IMG/VR virus record: IMGVR_UViG_3300021400_001366 | Coordinates: 1-64,000 of that record | Reading direction: 5' to 3' (one strand) | DNA: 64,000 nt | Source: a virus | Taxonomy: Duplodnaviria; Caudoviricetes | Part shown: piece by piece, positions 1 through 9,402 of the stretch | Layout: each line of letters starts with the position of its first letter | Numbering within the stretch: position 1 is the stretch's first letter | Translations under genes and position numbers: made by a program | The notes under the pieces: generated by a model | What the model was told of the DNA's origin: nothing | Seen by the model: only the letters and a program-made list of their open reading frames with translations | The model's database searches: none

Positions 1-107
1 TGGCAGGCAGCAGGCAGGCGGTTGCTCTGTCGCCTGCATCCCTTCCAGCTTCCGACCGTGGCAGGCAGCAGGCAGGCGGTTGCTCTGTCGCCTGCATCCC
101 TTCCAGC
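1..107. repeat. 58-bp-period tandem repeat (one full copy plus a 49-bp copy; may extend left of the window)
   Basis: 1-49 is identical to 59-107 (tggcaggcagcaggcaggcggttgctctgtcgcctgcatcccttccagc). Confidence 0.95.
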
Positions 108-171
108 CCATTATACCATACTTTTGTTAAACGATACAAGCCCAGGACTGTTTTTCTTTGTGCAAAATGCG

Positions 172-270
172 CACTGTTGACAGTGAATAATGCTGTCACT
201 GTAGACAGTGTAAAGAAACGGTTAAAACATCAAATTCACTGTTGACATTCACTGTTGACAGTGCTACAAT
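172..270 (+). promoter_or_regulatory. sigma-A promoter with four CACTGTNGACAGTG palindromic operator-like sites
   Basis: TTGACA 242-247, 17 nt, TACAAT 265-270; palindromes at 172-185, 197-210, 237-250 (imperfect) and 250-263. Confidence 0.85.
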
Positions 271-738
271 ACAGCCATAGTCAAGAACGCAAGCACGACC
301 GACCGAACCGAAGAGCACAAACGACCGACCGACTCACCGCTGCCCCGGCAGCGCGAAAGACTCCCACGACTTTAGAACACGACTTCCGACCGTACGACCG
401 ACGCTCTCCTAGGCCGCATAACCGACGCGCAACTTGAAAAATGAATACTCTTTAAAGTCCTTCCACCGTGAACACGGCCGAAAACGCAATGGGTGACGCC
501 GGGGCGACTGGATAGCTAAATTTGGGTGTATTATCCGAGAGCGAAAAAGGAGGGTAGAGGCAACCGCTTATTCCGTAGGTAATAGCCGCATGAATGATCC
601 AGCGTTGCAAGTAGGACACAGAACACGGATGTGAGAAAAAGGACTTTGAAGAGAAGAGGCAATACACCGGCGACGGTGTACGCCTTGCAAGCTGTACAGA
701 ATACACCACGACCCACAAACAAAAGGAGGTAAACCACG

Positions 739-1032
739 ATGAAGAGCATGAGCGAATTTTACAAGATGAAAAACGAATACCTCAAGCGCCACGGTGGACT
801 TGAGAAAGTCGATACTTCCAGCATGGACGAATACGGCCGCTATCACAAAGAATACTTCGCTGCTGATGGTTCGATGCTTTACGAGGTAAACGGCCCTGTA
901 TGGATGGACGTTGAATTCACCGCCGACGTTCACGGATGCCCGATCCGTAAAGTTGAAAAGTGCAAATTCTTCCAGACTGAAGCCTGGACTTCAACGGATG
1001 CCCGATCCGAGTATTACATCGAAAAATGGTAA
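739..1032 (+). CDS. hypothetical early protein
   Basis: ORF with strong AGGAGG RBS. Confidence 0.8.
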   Translation: MKSMSEFYKMKNEYLKRHGGLEKVDTSSMDEYGRYHKEYFAADGSMLYEVNGPVWMDVEFTADVHGCPIRKVEKCKFFQTEAWTSTDARSEYYIEKW

Positions 1033-1093
1033 ATTCAAGCTCTGTACAGCTTGCAAGGCGCACAACGCCACAAAACACAAGGAGGTAAAAACC

Positions 1094-1423
1094 ATGTTAA
1101 AGCACATCATCACAATTGGCCTGTATGACAAGGACTCCCACAAGCAGGAGATTAGCAAGCCTGAAGCCATCGACGCCATAATTGACGCCATCAATTCCCG
1201 TGGACTTTGTGCCACGATCCTAACCGAGGGCATCTATGGAGTATACCAGCACGACGACGGCACCCGCGTACTGGAGCCCTCTATCCGCGTTGAAATTGCA
1301 GACGTGGAGTCGGCCATCATCCTGCCCATGATCCACGACCTGGGCGCGAGGTTCAACCAGGAAAGCATCATGTGGGAGACTGAACGCAAGCCCATAGCAT
1401 TCACCCACATCGAATATAAGTGA
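1094..1423 (+). CDS. DUF3574/phage SAM-lyase-like small protein
   Basis: RBS before ATG 1094; GVYxHDDG..E.S..VE and C-terminal FNQESI pattern; family call tentative. Confidence 0.45.
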   Translation: MLKHIITIGLYDKDSHKQEISKPEAIDAIIDAINSRGLCATILTEGIYGVYQHDDGTRVLEPSIRVEIADVESAIILPMIHDLGARFNQESIMWETERKPIAFTHIEYK

Positions 1424-1453
1424 AGAGTATCTAACGGTTAAGGAGGTAACAAC

Positions 1454-1648
1454 ATGCGCGATATGGTACATGGTTATGTTGTTGATACTCGCGAGGTCTA
1501 CGATAACGAGTATGAAACAATGGTTTTTCCTTGCGATTGTGACGGTTTTATCACTTCTTACACTGAAGTTGATTGTGCTCGTTATAACGATATGGCGAGC
1601 GCTGAAGCAGGCCACAAGTCCATGATAGAAAAATGGGATAGCATTTGA
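1454..1648 (+). CDS. hypothetical protein
   Basis: ORF with AGGAGG RBS. Confidence 0.75.
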   Translation: MRDMVHGYVVDTREVYDNEYETMVFPCDCDGFITSYTEVDCARYNDMASAEAGHKSMIEKWDSI

Positions 1649-1722
1649 CGGTTAGGACAGCCCGACCCGTTTGGACTGTCCCATAGCGTTAAGCGCTACA
1701 AAACACAAGGAGGTTAAATACC

Positions 1723-2181
1723 ATGGATAACAACATCAGGATCATTGACGAGGCTGTAAAGACCCTCAACATCGTGCGCCACAACACCGAACGAGGCGAG
1801 ATCCGCAATGGCAAGGTTGACATTAACCTGTCCACGGGCTTTACGTGGCTGATCCAGTCCGCTGGACAGTGCCGCTTCTACTCTTCCGACCTGCTGTATG
1901 ACATTGAGTCGATCAATGACGCGATCCAGTCCTGCGCCGACTCTATCCTTGTGGGCGACTCCAGCTTCGAGCGGGTTTTCTACCTGGGCTTCCGTGAGAT
2001 GGGCGTTGACGGAAATTCCTTCATCTCCCACAAGATTGAGCACGGAAATTGTTATACCAGCTTCGAGGGCGTCGATGCGATCCGTCACATCTACCATGCC
2101 CTCTACTGTGTGACCGTAAACGTGGTGGACTACTACGGCCCCATGGTGCAGGTGACTTTCGAGGAAGTAGGTGTTAAGTGA
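1723..2181 (+). CDS. hypothetical protein
   Basis: ORF with AGGAGG RBS. Confidence 0.8.
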   Translation: MDNNIRIIDEAVKTLNIVRHNTERGEIRNGKVDINLSTGFTWLIQSAGQCRFYSSDLLYDIESINDAIQSCADSILVGDSSFERVFYLGFREMGVDGNSFISHKIEHGNCYTSFEGVDAIRHIYHALYCVTVNVVDYYGPMVQVTFEEVGVK

Positions 2182-2387
2182 TGGCAGGATATACCTACGA
2201 GACCCGGCGCGAGGCACGACGCGCAAGACAACATGGTGAAGTCGTGGTAAAGGTGGAGGGCGGTTACATGCTCTTCACCTATGAATATTACAAAGTATGG
2301 AAAAAGCTGGCGCATTGTTAGAGGGCCTGGACTTCCAGACCTTCCATAGAATGCACGGGCATTCAAACAACAAAGGAGGAATTTTCG

Positions 2388-2642
2388 ATGAAGTACACCA
2401 ACGCGACCCGCGAACTCTTCGACCGCCTGAACGCTGGCGAGGTGTTTGGGGAAAATTTGCCCCATCGCCTGGGAGGGACTTTCTTCTGGCAAGTCCTGTC
2501 CGCCGACTCCCGCTTCATCTACTGGAGGCACTACGGCTCCAGCGCGAACGAAAACAAGCTGGAAAGTTTGGCCTGGATTCTGGAAAATATCTTTGAGATG
2601 ACCGCCGAGGAATTTCTGAGCAAGTACACGACCGCCGCCTAG
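2388..2642 (+). CDS. hypothetical protein
   Basis: ORF with AGGAGG RBS. Confidence 0.75.
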   Translation: MKYTNATRELFDRLNAGEVFGENLPHRLGGTFFWQVLSADSRFIYWRHYGSSANENKLESLAWILENIFEMTAEEFLSKYTTAA

Positions 2643-2697
2643 GAAAATCCTAGGCTTTATCCCATCGAGGAAAATTTGGGCAACCTGCACAAAAACA

Positions 2698-2753
2698 TAC
2701 ACGAATAATCGTGTAGTTTACCGATTGAACATACACGAATAATCGTGTATAAT
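2698..2753 (+). promoter_or_regulatory. promoter with two TACACGA-ATAA-TCGTGTA palindromic operators
   Basis: TTGAAC 2725-2730, 17 nt, TATAAT 2748-2753; identical palindromes at 2698-2715 and 2732-2749. Confidence 0.85.
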
Positions 2754-2783
2754 AAAGCCATCAAGAGCAAGGAGGTTAAAACA

Positions 2784-3134
2784 ATGACTAACAACATGAT
2801 TATCCTGATGGAGCGCGTCCAGCTGATGAAGGACGGAAAAATTGGCACGACTGGCCGCTATGTCGAGGTAGAGCACAAGGACGGAACCGTGGAAAAATTG
2901 GCCGAACCGGAAGAGATCCACACCTACGCGCACTGGAAGGCCCTCGGCTATCAGGTCAAGCGCGGTGAAAAGGCTGCGGCCTCCTTCATGATCTGGAAAG
3001 CTGGCAAGAGCAAAGGTGAACCGAACCCGGAGGCTCCCGAGGAAAATCTGGAAAAGATGAAGATGTTCATGAAGTTAGCGCACTTCTTCACGATGGCGCA
3101 GGTAGAACCGATTAAGAAGGTGATCCCCGCTTGA
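2784..3134 (+). CDS. ArdC N-terminal-like ssDNA-binding protein
   Basis: motif HTYAHWKALGYQVKRGEKA; RBS before ATG 2784. Confidence 0.7.
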   Translation: MTNNMIILMERVQLMKDGKIGTTGRYVEVEHKDGTVEKLAEPEEIHTYAHWKALGYQVKRGEKAAASFMIWKAGKSKGEPNPEAPEENLEKMKMFMKLAHFFTMAQVEPIKKVIPA

Positions 3135-3300
3135 CGCAAGCGTTGGAAAATTTAGCGCAATTCACGCCATAATGAGAGCTTCGATAGTTACAGAGAATCG
3201 AGGTATGGCGGCGCTAATGCGGCCTAGGACGGTTGCAAGCCCGTGTAAACGCAGAGCAGCGCAAAATCACACAAGGAAAATTTGAAGGAGGTAAATCACA

Positions 3301-3681
3301 ATGACGCGCTTCGACAAGATTCATGAGGTTTTGGAAAATCTGGACAGCTACGAGGTAGTTAGCGCCTGGAACCGCTACTGCGATGAAGTCTCTTACTTCG
3401 ACGATATGGTTTACACCATGGACGAATTCGATGATCTGATGTATGGCCTGAAGCCCTCTGAAATCGTGGCAAAGCTGGACTCCGACTTCGACGTGACGGA
3501 AAATTTCTTCACCTGGGATGAATACGGCGAGGTTGTGAGCTTCGACTACATCTCGGATAGCTGCATCGACCTGGATGATCTGGCCGAGTACATGGACGAG
3601 AACAAGGAAGATTTCGACATTGACGAGATTGAGGAAATTTTCGACGAGGACGAAGAGGACGAGGAAAATTCTGCCGCCTAA
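3301..3681 (+). CDS. highly acidic protein (candidate DNA mimic or anti-defence protein)
   Basis: very D/E-rich 126 aa; strong RBS. Confidence 0.6.
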   Translation: MTRFDKIHEVLENLDSYEVVSAWNRYCDEVSYFDDMVYTMDEFDDLMYGLKPSEIVAKLDSDFDVTENFFTWDEYGEVVSFDYISDSCIDLDDLAEYMDENKEDFDIDEIEEIFDEDEEDEENSAA

Positions 3682-3768
3682 CCGCTTAGTACATGTTGCA
3701 TAGGGTTTGGAAAACTTCAAACCCCTTGCAATGTGCATTGAGCACAAAACAACAAGGAGGAAAAAATC

Positions 3769-4515
3769 ATGAAGGTTAAGAAGTACATCGCCGCGCAGGT
3801 CAATCCCGAATATCAGGAATCCGAGTTCTCCTGGCTGGGCTATGACGAAATCTTGACGGAAAACGACATTGCCATCTTTGGCAATCGTTGGTACAAGGAA
3901 CACACTGAAGGCACGACCTACGGCGACATTAAGGAAAGTTTGGACGAGGCCATGGATGATTTCGACCTGCTGACCGAAGAACCGGAAAGCTGCTACTTCG
4001 ACAATCTGGAAGATTTGATTAACTACCATTTCAAGAAGTCCAGCGGAAATTATGACGCTGACGAGTTCGAGCGCTGGCGTAAAATCCTGGCCGACTTCGA
4101 CGATGAGGAAAAATTCATTGTCGCCGCTGCTGAACTCATGACCGGCAAGAAGTACGAGATCATTACCCTCCGTGGCTGCTGTCAACGCGAATGGGTGGAG
4201 TGCTGCAAGCCTGTTGACTCCGTGGACGTTGATTGGCTGGAAGGTAACTACTTCAATACCGGCTCCGAGTGGATTTGCTACATGGAACCCGTTGAGATTG
4301 AAGCTGGCGTCGAGTTGACCGCTGACGAGGTGAAGGAACTTTCGGAAAATCTGGACGATTCCTGTTCTACCTACTCTGTAAAGTGGGGCGACGATGAAAT
4401 CATGGAAGATTTAGCCAACTGCATCGGCTGCAAGGTTGAGGACGTTATCATGATCGACTACAACGAGAATGTGATTATGGAAAATCCCGCCATTGTGGAA
4501 AATATCGCCGCCTAA
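3769..4515 (+). CDS. acidic hypothetical protein
   Basis: 248 aa, D/E-rich; strong RBS. Confidence 0.75.
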   Translation: MKVKKYIAAQVNPEYQESEFSWLGYDEILTENDIAIFGNRWYKEHTEGTTYGDIKESLDEAMDDFDLLTEEPESCYFDNLEDLINYHFKKSSGNYDADEFERWRKILADFDDEEKFIVAAAELMTGKKYEIITLRGCCQREWVECCKPVDSVDVDWLEGNYFNTGSEWICYMEPVEIEAGVELTADEVKELSENLDDSCSTYSVKWGDDEIMEDLANCIGCKVEDVIMIDYNENVIMENPAIVENIAA

Positions 4516-4601
4516 TCTGCAATGCATTGTTAGAGCGCCGGGGTTATACTCCGACGTTCTATAGAGTGCATAGCACTACTAAACAATAGGAGGAAAATCC
4601 A

Positions 4602-4814
4602 ATGAAGATTCTGAAAATCGCAATCGTCGCCGCGCTGATCCTGGCCGCTTTCCTGGTTGGAAAATCCCACGGAAAAATCCACGCAATCGCTGATTCAACA
4701 TTCTACATCGTGGACTTCGACGAGTGGCAAGACCCGCTCGGTAACGACTTCGACACCTGCCTACTGATCGAGCTTGACGGCGACCTGTACGAGCAAGGGC
4801 TGTACATCGGTTAA
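4602..4814 (+). CDS. small protein with hydrophobic N-terminus
   Basis: RBS; MKILKIAIVAALILAAFLVG. Confidence 0.7.
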   Translation: MKILKIAIVAALILAAFLVGKSHGKIHAIADSTFYIVDFDEWQDPLGNDFDTCLLIELDGDLYEQGLYIG

Positions 4815-4833
4815 TGGAAAATTTACAATCAAT

Positions 4834-4878
4834 AATCAGTCATTAGTTATTGACAGATTAACCCGCTGGAGTTACAAT
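4834..4878 (+). promoter_or_regulatory. sigma-A promoter with AATCWGTCR-N8-TGACWGATT operator over the -35 element
   Basis: aatcagtca-ttagttat-tgacagatt; TTGACA 4850-4855, TACAAT 4873-4878. Confidence 0.85.
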
Positions 4879-4903
4879 GAGTACAAGCAAGGAGGTAAAC
4901 ACC

Positions 4904-5143
4904 ATGTTTAAACACTACTACAAAGCGGAAATCTCCACGGATGAACTGAACGAGGCCATCACCGCGCTGGCCGCAAGGATGCAGGACATGCAAGACCTGT
5001 ACACCCGCTGCATTGAAGCTGATCGCCCCTGGGAAGCGGAAAATGTCATGAATCGCTATAACCTGATGCGCTCCGCAAAAGCCGCTCTGGAAGCTGCTGA
5101 GTTTGGCTCCGAGTGGGTGGATGACGAGGAAAATGCAATGTAA
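4904..5143 (+). CDS. hypothetical protein
   Basis: RBS before ATG 4904. Confidence 0.75.
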   Translation: MFKHYYKAEISTDELNEAITALAARMQDMQDLYTRCIEADRPWEAENVMNRYNLMRSAKAALEAAEFGSEWVDDEENAM

Positions 5144-5157
5144 AGGAGGAAGGAACA

Positions 5158-5373
5158 ATGAAACACAACGTTATCCCGCGCACATTCGGACACATCATCG
5201 TCAAGTCCCTGATGCCTAGCAACGCTGGAAAATCTGGCACGGTATTCAAGATCAAGAAGAACGAATATGGCGAGTACATCGGGGAAAATCTGGCGAACGG
5301 CGAACGCTGGCACATGTTCCCCGCACACATTCGCAACGCTGAACTGTACGAGTTCATGGAAGTAGCACTGTAA
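5158..5373 (+). CDS. hypothetical protein
   Basis: ORF with RBS. Confidence 0.75.
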   Translation: MKHNVIPRTFGHIIVKSLMPSNAGKSGTVFKIKKNEYGEYIGENLANGERWHMFPAHIRNAELYEFMEVAL

Positions 5374-5603
5374 AGGAGGAAGAAATCATGAAGTGGTCAT
5401 GGGTAGACGCTGTAAACCTGGCGCTGGACATTGCCAAGGAAAATCCTGGCACTGATACCGACAAGCTGGCAACCGAAATCTGGCAGGATATGCAAGCGGA
5501 AAATGCTGATTAGGGCGCTGGTTAGCTATCCGGTTCATACTGGATAGTGTACCAGTTTCCTAACAAGGAACAATTAAGGAAAATATAAAAGGAGGATAAC
5601 ACC

Positions 5604-6440
5604 ATGAAGAACAACGAGAACATCAAGGCCCTGAACAAAATCAATCCCAAGGCTTTCCGCGCCCTGCGTCAAGAGGTCGGCTTCGACTTTGAAAAGCCCT
5701 TCGCCCTGTTCCGCATCGACGGTAACTTCACCGTTCGCAAGCTGGAAAATCTGATCGACGAGGCTGGCATGGATAGCCGCAATGACGCCGTTGCGCTCCT
5801 GATGCACGAGCCGCACTCCACCTGGCACAAAGACCTCCGGCTGGCCACGCTGAACCACGGAAAAATCGAGGTCGAGCATCGCGCGTATGGCCTGGGCAAC
5901 TTCTGGCGCAAGTCCGATTTCGAGGATATGCGCAAGTCCCGCAATGCTGAAACCTTCGTGATCGTCCAGTCCCGCGCTTTCATCAAAGCCCACGAGGAAA
6001 AGCCCATCGACCTGAACGGAAGATTTAAGACCGCGCCGCACCGCCGCACATGGAACGGATTCCGCGCCACTTCCAGCACCTACACGCTGGATAAGAGCGG
6101 CTACATCGTTGACATCCGCAAGGAAAATCTGAAGCAACGCGCCTACAATCTCCACAAGGAACGCGCGAAGAACGCCTATCTGCTGACGGACAACACCGCC
6201 AAGGTTGAGGAACTCCGCAGGAAGATCGCCGTCCGTAAAGCGGAAATTGTGAACGACCTGATCTCCGCAACTGATGCCCAGAGCGTCAAGGACGTGGCAA
6301 GCAAGCTGGATTGGGGCGGCTTGTACAGCGTCATGAGCCTGTTCGAGGATTACGAGCGCCTGACCAACACGCGCGGATATTCCAGCATCGAATCTTCGGA
6401 ACGCGCTTATAACACCATCCTGGAAAAGCTGGGCGCTTAA
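5604..6440 (+). CDS. hypothetical protein
   Basis: 278 aa ORF with AGGAGG RBS. Confidence 0.85.
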   Translation: MKNNENIKALNKINPKAFRALRQEVGFDFEKPFALFRIDGNFTVRKLENLIDEAGMDSRNDAVALLMHEPHSTWHKDLRLATLNHGKIEVEHRAYGLGNFWRKSDFEDMRKSRNAETFVIVQSRAFIKAHEEKPIDLNGRFKTAPHRRTWNGFRATSSTYTLDKSGYIVDIRKENLKQRAYNLHKERAKNAYLLTDNTAKVEELRRKIAVRKAEIVNDLISATDAQSVKDVASKLDWGGLYSVMSLFEDYERLTNTRGYSSIESSERAYNTILEKLGA

Positions 6441-6784
6441 TCGCGCCTGGCTGATCTGGAAAATACAAACAAGGAGGATAATAACATGTGGGTTGCAAGA
6501 GCTAAATACGCTGATGGTTCTGAGTTCGAGGAAACTTTCTCTTACAATGCGAACGGAAACTACGCCAAGGAATGTGACGAACAGTACGAGATCGAGTGCT
6601 GGCTGCTGGAACGTGAAACCGATTCACCTTGCATCTGGTACTCCGTTGACTACGAGGAAGATTAAGCGCATAGAGAGTTGACTAGCCATCTGACCCGCTT
6701 AGATGGCCTGTCAATTCCCTAAGTGGAAATAAGGAAAAACCCAACGATAAATCGTTGGAAAATTCAAGCAAGGAGGTTACTGCC

Positions 6785-7012
6785 ATGAGGAAAATCGGAA
6801 AATGCTATTTCTTCCGCGACCATCAAATCTGTCCGAACTATGGCGGCTGGGTGCTGCTGAACGACTTCGGGCTGGGCGACTGGAATATTTACAAGACCCT
6901 GGAAGATGCTAAGAACGCTTACCGCAAGCGCCACGATGGAACGCACAAGGCTGAACCGAGAACCATTGGCAGGATGACCGACGAACAATTCATTAACGCA
7001 CTGAACATCTGA
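6785..7012 (+). CDS. hypothetical protein
   Basis: RBS before ATG 6785. Confidence 0.7.
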   Translation: MRKIGKCYFFRDHQICPNYGGWVLLNDFGLGDWNIYKTLEDAKNAYRKRHDGTHKAEPRTIGRMTDEQFINALNI

Positions 7013-7090
7013 ACGCTAGGAAAATCCCAACGATGAATCATTAGAAAACCCTAGGCTAAAGCCTAGGAAAATTTGAAGGAGGTAAACACC

Positions 7091-7501
7091 ATGTACGAAC
7101 ATCGTCTTTTCATCGTCCATCGCACTGAACTCTATTCCCGCAAAGAGGGCACGGAAAATCTCGTTATCGGCAACATGATCGCTGAATACAACTGCTCCCG
7201 GATGCCGCACAGCTTCTTTGACCTGTTCGCTGATGCCAAGGAAATCGACTTTCCGCTTTTCGTCAACCAGGGCGATGCTTGCGTGGAAACCAAGGAAGAT
7301 TGCTATGGCAACCACTGCACCATGCTCAAGCTGCCTGACGTGATCGCGTATCTGGAAAAACTGACGGACAGCGAAGAGTGGGGAACCTACCGCCGACTGG
7401 CTCCGCTGCTGGGCTTGCTCAAGGGCTTCGACGAATCGCAATGGGAAGAAGCCACGCAGAGAGGTAACGACTCGCTGTGGGTTGTCCATTACGGCTATTG
7501 A
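7091..7501 (+). CDS. hypothetical protein
   Basis: RBS before ATG 7091. Confidence 0.75.
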   Translation: MYEHRLFIVHRTELYSRKEGTENLVIGNMIAEYNCSRMPHSFFDLFADAKEIDFPLFVNQGDACVETKEDCYGNHCTMLKLPDVIAYLEKLTDSEEWGTYRRLAPLLGLLKGFDESQWEEATQRGNDSLWVVHYGY

Positions 7502-7513
7502 TGGGAGGGCAAC

Positions 7514-7792
7514 ATGACAGACAAGGAAAAGCGCAACCTGAAAATCCTCTACATGGTCAAGTGCGGACACACCAACGCTGAGATAGCTGCTGCGTTTGAT
7601 CTAACACCTGGAACAATATCAGCAATCAGGAAAAATTACGGCATGTCCCGCAAGCCCTTAACCCGCAAAGACCACGCGCAAATCGTCAACATGTATTGTA
7701 ATCAGCACATTCCACAATACGCCATAGCGGAAAAATACAGCGTAACTCCCAAGCACATACAGCAAATCATTGCTATGTATAAGGCGGTGTAA
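7514..7792 (+). CDS. double helix-turn-helix protein
   Basis: two HTH-like segments, TNAEIAAAFDLTPGTISAI and PQYAIAEKYSVTPKHIQQI. Confidence 0.7.
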   Translation: MTDKEKRNLKILYMVKCGHTNAEIAAAFDLTPGTISAIRKNYGMSRKPLTRKDHAQIVNMYCNQHIPQYAIAEKYSVTPKHIQQIIAMYKAV

Positions 7793-8247
7793 CCATGCAA
7801 TACATCGAAGGAAATTTTGACGGCTTGCATGATGGTATGAACTACGTCAACATTGTTTCTCCTGATCTAAGCTATCGACGATTCAGCATTATCGGAAAAT
7901 ATAACACGCTGGATGAAGCCAAGGAAAATCTGGCGGCTGACTGGCAAGCGTGGAAGAAGAATCACAAGGGCATTTACAGTTACGCGACCATCTCAATTCA
8001 GTTATAAATGAGTTACACAGTAATTACATTACAACATATAGGAGGTAACTATAATGAATCACAACATCTATCCGACGAAGCATCTGGCGAATCTGGAAAA
8101 GCACAGCGACGAGAAGATCATCAAGGTTGTCGGAGGTTATGCCATCGTTTCCACCTGGTACAGCGAACGCATGAGCCACCGCAAGCCGCGCAAAGCGGCC
8201 TGATTGCCAAGGAAAATATAAAGCAGGAATTTAGGAGGTAAAACGCC

Positions 8248-8604
8248 ATGTTTGATCGGAAAATCAAGATTCACTACGAGGACGGAACGTCTGCTGTAAT
8301 GACCACGCGCGACAACATCCCGACTTTGGTGTCCAATTTTTTGGACAGTACGAACGGAAAATCCCGCGCTCGGTGTATCGAATTTCTGAACCTGAACATC
8401 CACCACTTCGGCGGTTCTTACATCGGAAGGTTACGCCGAATATACAGCGTTAGTGACAAGTTCATGCAGCGACATAACCTGTGTAACCGATTCAGATTCA
8501 CGACGTACATCTACAACAGGTACGAATGGTTCTTCTCGCCTGAACCGAAGTACGAATTTAAACGCGATGCAGCGTATATCGAAGGAATGTTTTCGACATT
8601 ATAG
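8248..8604 (+). CDS. hypothetical protein
   Basis: ORF with AGGAGG RBS. Confidence 0.7.
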   Translation: MFDRKIKIHYEDGTSAVMTTRDNIPTLVSNFLDSTNGKSRARCIEFLNLNIHHFGGSYIGRLRRIYSVSDKFMQRHNLCNRFRFTTYIYNRYEWFFSPEPKYEFKRDAAYIEGMFSTL

Positions 8605-8959
8605 GAGGTAATATTATGGTATGTATTCTCGCGTTGTTTATCCCTATGGGGCTTGTGGCTGTGGTATTTGAAAGCATCATGGAAGTAATCGATCATAGAA
8701 AGTATGTCAAGGAAGCTCTTAAACAGCGTGGGGAAAGGTATCATTTCTCGTAAATGTATAATTATACATAATACACCGTATAACAATATAAGGAAAATTT
8801 GGAGGTACATATGGACGTTAAAGCACTCAGAAAATCCTTTCATTCCCTGATCTCCAATCGGCTGGCAGACTACGAACGCGATTGTTGCAGCGGCGAGGAC
8901 TTATACCGGCTGCTGCTGAGCATCGAAAGCAACTGGGACGAACTGACGGAGGGCGAAGG

Positions 8960-9355
8960 ATGAGACACGAAGAATTTTTGAAGGGCGCGAATGTGGAGAA
9001 CATCACCGAGTACATGTACCGCTACGACAAAACTGCTGCCCTGATCGATGAACTGGCGAAGCATGGCAACGCATGGACGAACGAAAATATCAGCCGTGCA
9101 ACCGCTGAAACCAACTGCTTCGAGTTTTCCTCTGATGACGTGGAGTTTATCGGACGCTGGCAGAATGATGCCAAGGCGCAGAAGATCGAAGAAAATATCT
9201 CCAAGCTGCTGAAATGCATGGAGGATATGGACATCGAACACCGCAGAAAATACTACAAAGAGCAGGTGGAACCGCTTCTTGACGCGCGGAACAAGCACAA
9301 GCAAAAGCTGAAAATGGGGCTGAATCATCTGGTATTTTATGGTTGCACTACTTGA
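8960..9355 (+). CDS. hypothetical protein
   Basis: GGAGG RBS before ATG 8960. Confidence 0.7.
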   Translation: MRHEEFLKGANVENITEYMYRYDKTAALIDELAKHGNAWTNENISRATAETNCFEFSSDDVEFIGRWQNDAKAQKIEENISKLLKCMEDMDIEHRRKYYKEQVEPLLDARNKHKQKLKMGLNHLVFYGCTT

Positions 9356-9402
9356 AATGAGGGGATAAAATGCGTATAATGTTACCTGGGACGGTGAAAG
9401 AA

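Noticed and set aside
1-107. CRISPR array at the window start
   Set aside because: Only two 49-bp copies separated by 9 nt; a tandem repeat with no spacer-sized unique sequence
1648-6722. Integron attC cassette array
   Set aside because: The hairpins lack the RYYYAAC...GTTRRRY ends and the recombinase does not look like IntI; kept only as a hairpin observation
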